Virus record (IMG/VR): IMGVR_UViG_3300009709_000003
Span: 64,001 to 128,000 of that record
Length of the DNA: 64,000 nt
Source of the DNA: a virus
Direction: 5' to 3' (one strand)
In this document: one piece after another, positions 9,740 through 17,580 of the stretch
Layout of the letters: every line of letters begins with the position of its first letter
Numbering within the stretch: position 1 is the stretch's first letter
Notes under the pieces: generated by a model
What the model was told of the DNA's origin: nothing
Database searches by the model: none
Seen by the model: only the letters and a program-made list of their open reading frames with translations
Translations under genes and position numbers: made by a program

Positions 9740-10081
9740 ATGAAACTTATTATTGCGGGCACAAGGACATTTAACGATTTCACACTTCTATGTACAAGTC
9801 TAGTACCCTACGAATCTATTGTTACAGAAGTTGTGTCGGGTACGGCATCTGGCGCGGATCAAATGGGTGAGTACTGGGCAGAAGCTCTAGGCATACCAGT
9901 AAAACGTTTCCCGGCGCAATGGGACCTACTCGGAAATTCAGCCGGATATATAAGAAATCAAGTAATGGCTGAATACGCTGAAAGTCTCGTAGCTTTCCAT
10001 GACGGCAAAAGTCGTGGCACACAGCATATGATTAATTTAGCGCGTAAGCACGGACTTCAAGTGAAAGTAATACAATACTAG
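9740..10081 (+). CDS. SLOG-family protein (YspA/DUF2493-like)
   Basis: IIAGTRTF, VSGTASGAD, AGYIRNQVM, DGKSRGTQHMI. Confidence 0.85.
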   Translation: MKLIIAGTRTFNDFTLLCTSLVPYESIVTEVVSGTASGADQMGEYWAEALGIPVKRFPAQWDLLGNSAGYIRNQVMAEYAESLVAFHDGKSRGTQHMINLARKHGLQVKVIQY

Positions 10082-10275
10082 ATTTTAAATTCTCGCGCCA
10101 ATTTCGCAAGTTTGATTTCTAATTTTTGTATCTTGCTGTCAATTTGACGTGCAGCTTCCCAATTTTTAAAACGCAACGCATTGTAAAGGTTGTGTTTATG
10201 GCCTTCAAGTCGCTTATTTATTAATTCCAACATTTGTATTCCCGCGCTCGCGCATATTGTACAATCGTACACTTA

Positions 10276-10734
10276 TTAGATATTAGTCGAACACCAACTT
10301 GAATGTGGTAGTCGAAGTTTGATTCCACCGCAATCGCACGTATTGCTTCTAAGATGAGAGATTTGCAAAGGAATACTACGCTCGTAAGATTTAATTGCAT
10401 AGTCCCCAACAAACCAAGTGTTAACTGGTATAGAGATACCGTCATTGGTAGTAGCTATACCAGTAGAATTTACTGAAATTATATAGTATAAAGAGTTATT
10501 TACACACCGAATCCAAATATCTTTATCATTAGATTCGATCATTTGAAACATTAAATCTTCTACAGTAGCTACAGGTGACACCAAATTCGAGTACCAGCTT
10601 TGATTGGTCCTATATTCCGAGAACAACAACTCAATTGGCGGTCCATATTGCTGCTCGATCAAAATATGATCATGGGCTTTAATTCCAATTACAGCATGGG
10701 CTCTGCCTGTATTTCGGTTATATAGGTGTAACAC
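10276..10734 (-). CDS. Hypothetical protein with C-terminal CDCGG-x5-HSxWC motif
   Basis: CDCGGIKLRLPHSSWCS; paralog of 9112..9588. Confidence 0.65.
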   Translation of the reverse strand: MLHLYNRNTGRAHAVIGIKAHDHILIEQQYGPPIELLFSEYRTNQSWYSNLVSPVATVEDLMFQMIESNDKDIWIRCVNNSLYYIISVNSTGIATTNDGISIPVNTWFVGDYAIKSYERSIPLQISHLRSNTCDCGGIKLRLPHSSWCSTNI

Positions 10735-11325
10735 TTATTTACTCTTTCTTCTCTTACGTCGTCTTGGAGTCTCTATAGCCAATGCGAGTGTCATACCCGA
10801 TTTCAGTCTACTGTCTAGCATTGAGCGTGTCAGACCAAATTTTGTTTCTAATTGTCTAACTGTGTAAAGATTTCCGTTGTACTCATATGTATTCTTGGTA
10901 GGTATTGGACGATGTTTGCCTGAGTGAGCAGGCGCGTATGGTTTCTTAAGAGCTTCCACGAAAGTAAGACCACCATTAATCCTCACTTTAAGAATACCGT
11001 ATGGAATTTCAAATTCCGAGGCCCACTCACGTAACGTTTGAGACTTGCCGCGAAATTCATGTAGTTTAACGCACAGTGACCGCACGGGTGTCTCTAAAGA
11101 TTCAGCGATAGACCAACCTTGCCGTAGACGCGTAGATACTGTACTATATGACAGTTTCAGATCACCACCGTATTTATCTACCAGTTCAGAGATAGATAGT
11201 GTATCTCCTTTATAAGTATACTTCGCAGCTCGCACTTGACTTAAATGCTTTGGCACGAACATTTCTTCTTGGGGAGTGTTATGTTTAATTCGACTACGTA
11301 GGGTCTTTTTGTTTATCGTTTGCAT
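10735..11325 (-). CDS. Triple-repeat HTH-like DNA-binding protein
   Basis: Three YxG...T(L/I)xE(W/L)...RLxxGxxxxxAxxxP units, as seen in HNH-associated DNA-binding tails; no nuclease motif. Confidence 0.7.
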   Translation of the reverse strand: MQTINKKTLRSRIKHNTPQEEMFVPKHLSQVRAAKYTYKGDTLSISELVDKYGGDLKLSYSTVSTRLRQGWSIAESLETPVRSLCVKLHEFRGKSQTLREWASEFEIPYGILKVRINGGLTFVEALKKPYAPAHSGKHRPIPTKNTYEYNGNLYTVRQLETKFGLTRSMLDSRLKSGMTLALAIETPRRRKRRKSK

Positions 11326-11379
11326 GGTTTTTTGAATCTATATAAGCAACTGTTGTATTTTGATTTGTATATTAAACTA

Positions 11380-11982
11380 TTATTTCGATTTCTTTCGGAT
11401 TTTATGCTTGACAGGTGTTTCAACAGCTTGTTGGGGAGTCATGCCTGTCTTTAATCGTGCATGCAGCGTTTCACGCTTTACGTCTGAAAGCACCGATAGC
11501 TCAGCAAGAGAATAAAACGACCCATAAAGCTCATACACTTTATTGGCAAATTTATTAATAATACCACCACTACAGGGTACTATGTATGGAAGTTTCATCG
11601 CCTCCTCTAAAGTCATACTACCATGCTTCATACGATAGTTCAGTGTTTGGTGTGGAATACCACAATACAAAGACCATTCTCGCAATGATTTCTTCGTGCC
11701 GTTGATTTCATACATCTTGGCCGGTCGATCACGCAAAGGAGTTTCGATAGCGCTTACCACACTCCAACCCCGACAATGCAAACGATTGTAAATTACGTTT
11801 GGAGTTAAGTTCAATTCTTTCCCGTATTTTTCACACAACTCTGTGATAGTTAGCTCTTCATTTTTATATAAATAACGTTTAGCCTTAAACCTTCTGAGTG
11901 ACTCATTTAAATATACTTCTTCTTCAGGTGTTCCGCGACGTTTGCGACTTTCTATAGTAGAATGATTTGGTGCTGAACTCAT
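11380..11982 (-). CDS. Triple-repeat HTH-like DNA-binding protein, tandem paralog
   Basis: Same architecture as 10735..11325, including TPxEE N-terminus and KSK C-terminus. Confidence 0.7.
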   Translation of the reverse strand: MSSAPNHSTIESRKRRGTPEEEVYLNESLRRFKAKRYLYKNEELTITELCEKYGKELNLTPNVIYNRLHCRGWSVVSAIETPLRDRPAKMYEINGTKKSLREWSLYCGIPHQTLNYRMKHGSMTLEEAMKLPYIVPCSGGIINKFANKVYELYGSFYSLAELSVLSDVKRETLHARLKTGMTPQQAVETPVKHKIRKKSK

Positions 11983-12015
11983 ATGTGTACTCCGTACCGG
12001 GTTTCCTATTTAGTA

Positions 12016-12033
12016 TCGCAAGCCTCGTGCCAA
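12016..12033 (-). promoter_or_regulatory. Sigma-54-type promoter
   Basis: Reverse complement TTGGCACGAGGCTTGCGA, upstream of GGAG RBS and ATG 11982. Confidence 0.8.
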
Positions 12034-12070
12034 AGATAAACCTATAAATTATCTTACATTTATATACATG

Positions 12071-12352
12071 CTAGGCATTGGTCTTTAAAGCTTCGATGCG
12101 TTCTACAATGACTAGTTTCATTGTTTTTAGTGCCCACGAAGTTGTTTTTTCTGCTTCAGCTAAAGCCCATTCCAACTCCTTGATGCGAACATCGCGCACA
12201 TATTCGGTATCGTCGCGGCGCATTTCTTTTTGCAGCACTGCTTCCGCACGTTCACAGCGGTCTTCGAGTTCAATTACGCGCCTACGCCAACTCGCTGGAA
12301 TTTCAGCGGTGTCGCGAGCGTATTCCTGCATTTCATCGCTCAACTTACTCAT
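12071..12352 (-). CDS. Hypothetical coiled-coil protein (KLSDE module)
   Basis: MSKLSDEMQ start with ATGA overlap. Confidence 0.6.
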   Translation of the reverse strand: MSKLSDEMQEYARDTAEIPASWRRRVIELEDRCERAEAVLQKEMRRDDTEYVRDVRIKELEWALAEAEKTTSWALKTMKLVIVERIEALKTNA

Positions 12353-12999
12353 TGATCGTCCCCGTAAAGGGCCACTTCGGCTTGATGAATAATTTCGTTT
12401 AATTGTTTCCACAATTTTTGTTGTTCAAAATTCCATTCAGACTTAATAAGCGCTTCTTGCATGTTCCAGGCTCTGTCTATACACATTAGCAGTTCCATTC
12501 TGTTTCGTTTACTCAACTTTTGCCGACTCATCACTTTACCTCTTCACAGTCAGTGTTAATACGAGTAATACCTTTTTCGCATTTACAGCAAGCGTCTGGA
12601 ATAAGCCAGTCACTCAATTCCGCACAAATGAACTCTGCACCTACCCGGTGGTCTGGCGAGTTTTTTAGGTATTCGCTGCCACTATACCGTGCAACGCGGT
12701 AACGTTTTCCAACCACAAACTTAAGTGCTGCTTCCCGTGCTCTATAGATGTAATCGAACGGCCCGTCAGGTTGAATCGTTGGTAACCTCATGTTACTTCT
12801 CCTCTTTGCTTTCAGGTTGTGGGTCTAAATAATCTAGTGCATCATAAATAGCGTCAAGCGCTTCGTCTACTTGCGGGGTTGTGCGATATGGATAAAGTCG
12901 TTTTTCTGCGTCTATTAGCGCTTTAATGGCACGCATTTTTTGATGACGTACCAAGTGTATAGAATCTTGAACATACTCAAGGTCGATTAAATTACTCAT
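12349..12999 (-). CDS. Three small hypothetical genes (12349..12534, 12531..12791, 12793..12999)
   Basis: Translationally coupled ORFs with RBSs. Confidence 0.55.
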
Positions 13000-13259
13000 T
13001 TTCCACCCCTGAGAATAGCCAAATCCAAAATATCCCTAGAGTAACTACGAGACTCGGAATCCGCATCGTCTACCCATCGTTCCACTATCTGACGAAGGCG
13101 TACGCATTCCGCAAGGTAATCGGCGGTTTCGGTATCTTCACCGACTGGCACCCCTGCAACATACTCCGCTCCCGGTATTTGCCATTTATGTGGCACTGGA
13201 GAAATACCGCTCGCCCACCCTAAAATCTCCTTAGCCGTGCTCAACTTTTTGTCACTCAT
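12996..13259 (-). CDS. Module-A family hypothetical protein
   Basis: KLSTAKEILGWA...ETADYLAECVRLR. Confidence 0.7.
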   Translation of the reverse strand: MSDKKLSTAKEILGWASGISPVPHKWQIPGAEYVAGVPVGEDTETADYLAECVRLRQIVERWVDDADSESRSYSRDILDLAILRGGK

Positions 13260-14239
13260 TTCTTTCCTACCTTCCCTTCAAGGGCGCTAATTTCATGAAT
13301 AAAATCGTCTAAGCTGTTTTCGTTTACTATACGAGGCTGAATTTTTGCCCAATTTTCAAATCGCTCTGCCAACGTTTTCTTTATAGGTACCTTGAATTGC
13401 ACGGTGGCGCGTGCGATTTCAACGCAAGCATCGGGGCGGAAGCTATCACTTAGACAAGCATTCAAGCTGATATGGTTGGGTTTCTTGTTGATAGGCTCCC
13501 ACAACACAACTTCCTTTTCAATAATATCAAATTGCTCACTTGGCTGGTCGTTATTCTGGCTTTCTGCGCCCCTATTCGCTGGAATATCGGCACTTTGAGG
13601 TGCGTCGAGGATTGCTAGTATACAATCCAGCTCATCGCCCTCATATTCTGTGCATCGAGTTTTTCCGTCCAGACATGATTCCCTTACGCGCTCCAGCTTG
13701 GCCAGGGCGGCGTCGCGTTCGGTACGTGCTTCGTTTCTTTCCCGCTGCAAAAGGGCAGCAACTTCGCGTTCGCTGTAAACAGACATCTCTGCCGCAGATT
13801 TTTCACGCCGCACCTCCTCCAATAGAGCAACGTGTATCGCAAGGCTGCGCGCCTGAGCATCGTTGTCGGCGCGGAGAGCGTCAATACACGCTTGCTGGCC
13901 GTGAGCATTAGCGTTTAGGTTCTGCCAATTTTCCAACTCACCCTTTAGCCGCTCGATTTCGTCCATCATGGCGTCGCGTTCCTCAAGCAAATCATCGACC
14001 ACTTTTGGATATCCAGCTTCGGAACAGGCTTCTCGCATACGAACCATTTGTGCGTTCAGCCGCTCATTTTCCGCTTCCAATTCGCGTGCGCGTTCCACCC
14101 ACGCTGTATTGTACGTAACACGTTCTCGTAATTCCTCGTTATCGAATTCTAATGCACGGAGAGCGTCTTGAAAACCAAGTTCTACCGGTGTATTAATCAT
14201 AAATTTAATTAAACGATCGCTCAATTTTTCACTACTCAT
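13256..14239 (-). CDS. Module-B family coiled-coil protein
   Basis: ERDAALAKLERVR...FDIIEKEVVL...EIARATVQFKVP..TLAERFE. Confidence 0.75.
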   Translation of the reverse strand: MSSEKLSDRLIKFMINTPVELGFQDALRALEFDNEELRERVTYNTAWVERARELEAENERLNAQMVRMREACSEAGYPKVVDDLLEERDAMMDEIERLKGELENWQNLNANAHGQQACIDALRADNDAQARSLAIHVALLEEVRREKSAAEMSVYSEREVAALLQRERNEARTERDAALAKLERVRESCLDGKTRCTEYEGDELDCILAILDAPQSADIPANRGAESQNNDQPSEQFDIIEKEVVLWEPINKKPNHISLNACLSDSFRPDACVEIARATVQFKVPIKKTLAERFENWAKIQPRIVNENSLDDFIHEISALEGKVGKK

Positions 14240-14411
14240 TACCGTTCTCCGTCTTCAATAGGGATCCAAAAAGTTTTGCTTCGTTGGCGTAATCGAATTG
14301 GCTAATAGGGTAATGATTGTCATGCTCACCACCTTTAACAGGTTCACCACACATACACGTTTCCTTAGATCTTTCTTCGGATTCGTGCTCAATTTCTTCC
14401 TCTAAAGTCAT
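14232..14411 (-). CDS. Small CMCG/NHxP protein (59 aa, not in ORF track)
   Basis: MTLEEEIEHESEERSKETCMCGEPVKGGEHDNHYPISQFDY; paralog of 29568..29750. Confidence 0.6.
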   Translation of the reverse strand: MTLEEEIEHESEERSKETCMCGEPVKGGEHDNHYPISQFDYANEAKLFGSLLKTENGNE

Positions 14412-14655
14412 CTCGGTCTCCTACCCGCGCACTCGAATTAAAGTACGCACTGGCACCGTACCGACAGTCTTACGCGGGTTGCAATACACAACTTTGTCGC
14501 CGACTCGCAATTCGATATTTACTTCGGTATTCATTTGCTGCTCTTCAACTCCTCGCTCAATTTACTCATTTCGATCTCCTAAGGAATAAAGGTTGCCAGG
14601 CAGTATTATAGCGGCAGTTATCTCTTGAATACTTTAAATAAAGACAAAACTAGAA

Positions 14656-14673
14656 TTGCAAAATCCGTACCAG
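14656..14673 (-). promoter_or_regulatory. Sigma-54-type promoter
   Basis: Reverse complement CTGGTACGGATTTTGCAA, at the head of the leftward gene run. Confidence 0.7.
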
Positions 14674-14960
14674 GGGACCCACGACTTTTGGGCGCAAAAA
14701 TACATCTTACACTGGTATATACTATTTAACTAATCTGAGATCGTCAGGGTCAACAAACCACAAACCGGTAATGGCGATCTCCTGCTCAGGATCGCGTACC
14801 AGATAACCATCCACATCGAAAGCAGCAATCACCCAAATCTTGTACGGATTCGGTGCGTCTACGATGATAACCCTGTCACCAACTTTAAAGTCCATAACTT
14901 ACCTCTTTATATGAAAAGAAACGTAGGGGACCCAGAAAATCTATCGCAAAAATACATCTT
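14672..14960. repeat. Bipartite direct repeat AGGGGACCCA-N10/11-CGCAAAAATACATCTT (14672-14708 and 14925-14960)
   Basis: Two copies flanking the 14722..14895 ORF. Confidence 0.8.
14722..14895 (-). CDS. Small SH3/KOW-like protein (57 aa)
   Basis: MDFKVGDRVIIVDAPNPYKIWVI...; GAGGT RBS. Confidence 0.6.
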   Translation of the reverse strand: MDFKVGDRVIIVDAPNPYKIWVIAAFDVDGYLVRDPEQEIAITGLWFVDPDDLRLVK

Positions 14961-15112
14961 CGTACAATTATAATATCTGACTTCGAAATATTATGCGGTG
15001 TCGCGCGATAAGCCCGCCAACGATTGTGGTTATATTTTCGGCTTACGCTTTGAAGGTGTTTGGGAGGCCCTGGAGTGGGCCTCCCTTACTTTTCCTTGAT
15101 TGGGTCTTCGTC

Positions 15113-15316
15113 TTACCCTTGCTCTGCCGTGAAAAAGGCGCGGCGTTGGGCGTCACGGCGGTCAAGTTCCGCGTTGCATCTGCGAACGAACGACCATGCT
15201 TGAGAGACCGTGTCGGCGTCGAGGTATCCGTCTGCCTCCTTAATGCTGTCCAGTTCCGCCCACTGGTTTTCGATTGCTTGCTCAAGTTGCTCGTCTGTCA
15301 TAAAGTTAAAGTCCAT
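15113..15316 (-). CDS. Small acidic hypothetical protein
   Basis: Has its own promoter and AGGAG RBS cassette. Confidence 0.7.
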   Translation of the reverse strand: MDFNFMTDEQLEQAIENQWAELDSIKEADGYLDADTVSQAWSFVRRCNAELDRRDAQRRAFFTAEQG

Positions 15317-15340
15317 GAGAAACTCCTGTTAAGAGGGGAA

Positions 15341-15358
15341 TTGCAAGAGACGGGCCAA
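15341..15358 (-). promoter_or_regulatory. Sigma-54-type promoter in repeated promoter-RBS cassette
   Basis: Reverse complement TTGGCCCGTCTCTTGCAA followed by TTCCCCTCTTAACAGGAGTTT. Confidence 0.8.
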
Positions 15359-15359
15359 A

Positions 15360-15521
15360 TTAGAAATTCAGGCGTGGCTGGGCATTGGGGTTGATGTTCT
15401 TCTTTTGGAGACGGCCATGAACGGTCGCCTTTGACTGGACCATCTGGGTGGAAGATGTAGGCGTAGGTGGGAGGATTTCGATTTTGCCGCCGCGTGAAAG
15501 AAATTGCTCGATCGTTTCCAT
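15360..15521 (-). CDS. 53-aa protein with SutA-like RNA polymerase-binding motif (not in ORF track)
   Basis: METIEQFLSRGGKIEILPP; AGGAG RBS; own promoter. Confidence 0.6.
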   Translation of the reverse strand: METIEQFLSRGGKIEILPPTPTSSTQMVQSKATVHGRLQKKNINPNAQPRLNF

Positions 15522-15555
15522 GTGTACTCCTGAAAGAAAAAGGTTAAGAGGGAAA

Positions 15556-15573
15556 TTGCAAAGGCGATGCCAA
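15556..15573 (-). promoter_or_regulatory. Sigma-54-type promoter cassette
   Basis: Reverse complement TTGGCATCGCCTTTGCAA followed by TTTCCCTCTTAAC. Confidence 0.82.
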
Positions 15574-15578
15574 TCACT

Positions 15579-15785
15579 TCACTCGTGGCTAGGCACATCG
15601 TCCTCGACGAAGTAGTTCTGGGTGTCTTCAATGACGTCGCCGCCATACCATTCAGCACTCCAGCCGCAAAGCTCCTTAAGCTGAGCTGGGGTGAGCTGCT
15701 TCGGGTCCTGGTCAACCGGGATTTCGACGTCTGCATACTCAACGGACTCGACGATTCTCGTGATTGTGATGGTTTTTGTTTCCAT
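15579..15785 (-). CDS. Small acidic hypothetical protein
   Basis: METKTITITRIVESVEYADVEI; cassette RBS. Confidence 0.7.
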   Translation of the reverse strand: METKTITITRIVESVEYADVEIPVDQDPKQLTPAQLKELCGWSAEWYGGDVIEDTQNYFVEDDVPSHE

Positions 15786-15809
15786 GTAAAACTCCTGTTA
15801 AGAGGGGAA

Positions 15810-15827
15810 TTGCAAAGGCGATGCCAA
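15810..15827 (-). promoter_or_regulatory. Sigma-54-type promoter cassette
   Basis: Reverse complement TTGGCATCGCCTTTGCAA (identical to 15556) followed by TTCCCCTCTTAACAGGAG. Confidence 0.82.
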
Positions 15828-15902
15828 TCACTCGACCTGGTCAGACAGGCGAGCAATAAGGACTATCAGTACCAAAAAGAAAAAGGCGACTGGTTGTTCC
15901 AT
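15828..15902 (-). CDS. 24-aa single-transmembrane micropeptide
   Basis: MEQPVAFFFLVLIVLIARLSDQVE; GGGAG RBS; fills the gap between cassettes. Confidence 0.5.
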   Translation of the reverse strand: MEQPVAFFFLVLIVLIARLSDQVE

Positions 15903-15932
15903 AGCTGCTCCCTAAGTTTAAAACGGTGCCAG

Positions 15933-16076
15933 TCAATAGGCCAGCTCCACCCGCAGCCATTGGGTGGTCAGGACGCGGGCCAGCGAGCGGCGGGCCAAGG
16001 TCTTGGCTTCCTCAATGGAGCGAGCCTGGATGGAAAGGACGAACTTGTTGTCTATAAAGCAAGAGTAGGTGTGCAT
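15933..16076 (-). CDS. Small hypothetical protein, near-leaderless
   Basis: MHTYSCFIDNKFVLSIQARSIEEAK; ATG about 3 nt after predicted +1. Confidence 0.55.
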   Translation of the reverse strand: MHTYSCFIDNKFVLSIQARSIEEAKTLARRSLARVLTTQWLRVELAY

Positions 16077-16088
16077 ATTTAAGTAAAA

Positions 16089-16158
16089 TTGCAAGGAGGG
16101 TGCCAAATGTGGTAAGTAGGATAAGGTGGGATATACGGGGTTGGCACGGTCCCTGCAA
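16089..16158. promoter_or_regulatory. Divergent pair of sigma-54-type promoters (16089-16106 minus, 16141-16158 plus)
   Basis: TTGGCACCCTCCTTGCAA (reverse complement) and TTGGCACGGTCCCTGCAA; marks the strand switch of the gene arrays. Confidence 0.82.
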
Positions 16159-16192
16159 TGAAAATCCCGTACCCTTTTTGCAGGAGCGCAGC

Positions 16193-16381
16193 ATGACGAC
16201 GGAACTCGCAAGAACTCTTAAGTTGGTATTCCAAAACGGTCGCTTTGTGGCCAAGAACGCTTTCGGGACTATCTGCTTTTTGTCCGAGGACCGCCGTCAG
16301 GTCCAGGTCTGGATTGAGGAGCAGATTCGCATGTCGAAACTGCAGGAGCCGGTCCGCAGCCTGGCATCGCTTTTGCAATAA
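16193..16381 (+). CDS. Small hypothetical protein
   Basis: AGGAG RBS, MTTELARTLKLVF. Confidence 0.65.
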   Translation: MTTELARTLKLVFQNGRFVAKNAFGTICFLSEDRRQVQVWIEEQIRMSKLQEPVRSLASLLQ

Positions 16382-16433
16382 AGAAGGTATGGGGAGTTAA
16401 GCACAGGTCGCAAGACTGGCACGATTCCTGCAA
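16361..16433 (+). promoter_or_regulatory. Two tandem sigma-54-type promoters (16361-16378 and 16416-16433)
   Basis: CTGGCATCGCTTTTGCAA and CTGGCACGATTCCTGCAA. Confidence 0.75.
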
Positions 16434-16466
16434 TTTTAAAAGTAGACACCAAACAGGAGAAGACAG

Positions 16467-16712
16467 ATGGGTAAACTCGAAGCCATCGCTCGCCTTGAAG
16501 AGATCAAAGAAGAGATGCAAGCTCTGCTTTTAGAGGCCAGTCATCTGGTGCGACAATACGCCGGGGAGCGCTCCATCTCAGACAGAGCACATGCCTACTG
16601 GGTGCCACATATCGAACAGGCGCTTGAGACAACCGGTTACGACACCGACATGACGGGTACCATCAAGGAGATGGAAGAGTCAATCGAGGAAGAGCCAGCC
16701 GAAGCTGAATAA
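16467..16712 (+). CDS. Small acidic hypothetical protein
   Basis: AGGAG RBS. Confidence 0.7.
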   Translation: MGKLEAIARLEEIKEEMQALLLEASHLVRQYAGERSISDRAHAYWVPHIEQALETTGYDTDMTGTIKEMEESIEEEPAEAE

Positions 16713-16714
16713 CA

Positions 16715-16764
16715 CGGCGAAACCCCGCAGGGGGTCCTAGGGTCAGACCCTAGCTGACGAGCCG
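16715..16764 (+). ncRNA. Hammerhead ribozyme, type II
   Basis: CGGC-GAAA-CCCC(GCAG)GGGG-UC^-CUAGGGU(CAG)ACCCUAG-CUGACGA-GCCG; full core and three helices; predicted cleavage after C16736. Confidence 0.92.
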
Positions 16765-16796
16765 AGTAACAAAGTAACATACAACAAGCGGACCAA

Positions 16797-17003
16797 GTGA
16801 AGACCTACATCGTGACGGTGACGACGACAGAGATCTACGAAATTGACGCACCTAACATCCTGATGGCAGAAATGCTGAAGGACGGCATCCTGGAAGCTGA
16901 CGATATCGCGATCGAGCGAATGGTGATGGTAGACCGGTCAGTTACAATATCGACGACAGCTAAAATCGCAGATGTGGCACCAGTTTTGCAACAGAAAAAG
17001 TAA
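16797..17003 (+). CDS. Small acidic protein (KT[YF]IVT family)
   Basis: MKTYIVTVTTTEIYEIDA. Confidence 0.6.
   Translation: MKTYIVTVTTTEIYEIDAPNILMAEMLKDGILEADDIAIERMVMVDRSVTISTTAKIADVAPVLQQKK
16974..16991 (+). promoter_or_regulatory. Sigma-54-type promoter cassette
   Basis: GTGGCACCAGTTTTGCAA-CAGAAAAAGTAAC; near-identical to 17897. Confidence 0.8.
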
Positions 17004-17018
17004 CCACAGGAGAACAGC

Positions 17019-17516
17019 ATGAAGACGTTCATTGTAACACGCACCACGGTTGAGACTTTTATGATTCAAAGCGAAGACGCAGAAGGCGATATCGCGCACG
17101 GCAACATCGTCCTCGACAACGAAATGCCTACACATAGTGACACTGAAATTGTGTCGCGCGAAATGCTCGACGCGCCTGAGTACCGGGTTGTCATCATCGA
17201 AGAGAACATCGGTTGGAACGAGTTTAAGGGCGATTTTGAGAACGCGGAAGACGAAGCAGAAGCTAAGGAGGCATTCTACAAACACGGCGTTTACGGGTAT
17301 TCTGTCGAGATGCGCACTGTGGTTGACGGGCAATGGGACGACGTTGACAGTTGCTTTGGTTTCTTGGGCAACGAAAGGCAGTACATGTTGGACGTGGCAA
17401 TCGAACACATCCCAAAAGGTGTGGATGCCAAGATTTGGGAAAGTTTTTGCAATGCAGCTGAAGCTACTGAGACCAATGAAACGGTCACTGGTATTGGTGC
17501 GAGTGAAGCAGCCTAA
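17019..17516 (+). CDS. Very acidic hypothetical protein (KTFIVT N-terminus)
   Basis: AGGAG RBS; D/E-rich; VDSCFGF motif. Confidence 0.7.
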   Translation: MKTFIVTRTTVETFMIQSEDAEGDIAHGNIVLDNEMPTHSDTEIVSREMLDAPEYRVVIIEENIGWNEFKGDFENAEDEAEAKEAFYKHGVYGYSVEMRTVVDGQWDDVDSCFGFLGNERQYMLDVAIEHIPKGVDAKIWESFCNAAEATETNETVTGIGASEAA

Positions 17517-17518
17517 CA

Positions 17519-17568
17519 GGACGAAACCGCTTCGGCGGTCTGCTCGTAAAACGGGCACTGACGAGTCC
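17519..17568 (+). ncRNA. Hammerhead ribozyme, type II
   Basis: GGAC-GAAA-CCGC(UUCG)GCGG-UC^-UGCUCGU(AAA)ACGGGCA-CUGACGA-GUCC; predicted cleavage after C17540; RBS AAGGAG follows immediately. Confidence 0.92.
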
Positions 17569-17580
17569 AAGGAGAACGAC

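Noticed and set aside
14741-14747. CTGACGA on the minus strand as a third hammerhead
   Set aside because: Lies inside a coding ORF with no matching GAAA/GUC arm or helices
15320-15831. Repeats as a CRISPR array or integron attC sites
   Set aside because: Spacing is gene-sized and irregular, the repeats are promoter+RBS units, and no cas gene or integrase is present
15913-15932. Additional sigma-54 promoter (reverse complement CTGGCACCGTTTTAAAC)
   Set aside because: -24 box is present but the -12 GC is missing; at best a decayed copy
17137-17580. 250-aa ORF 17137..17889 as listed in the track
   Set aside because: Its 5' part overlaps the 17019..17516 gene and the hammerhead; the RBS supports a start at 17581
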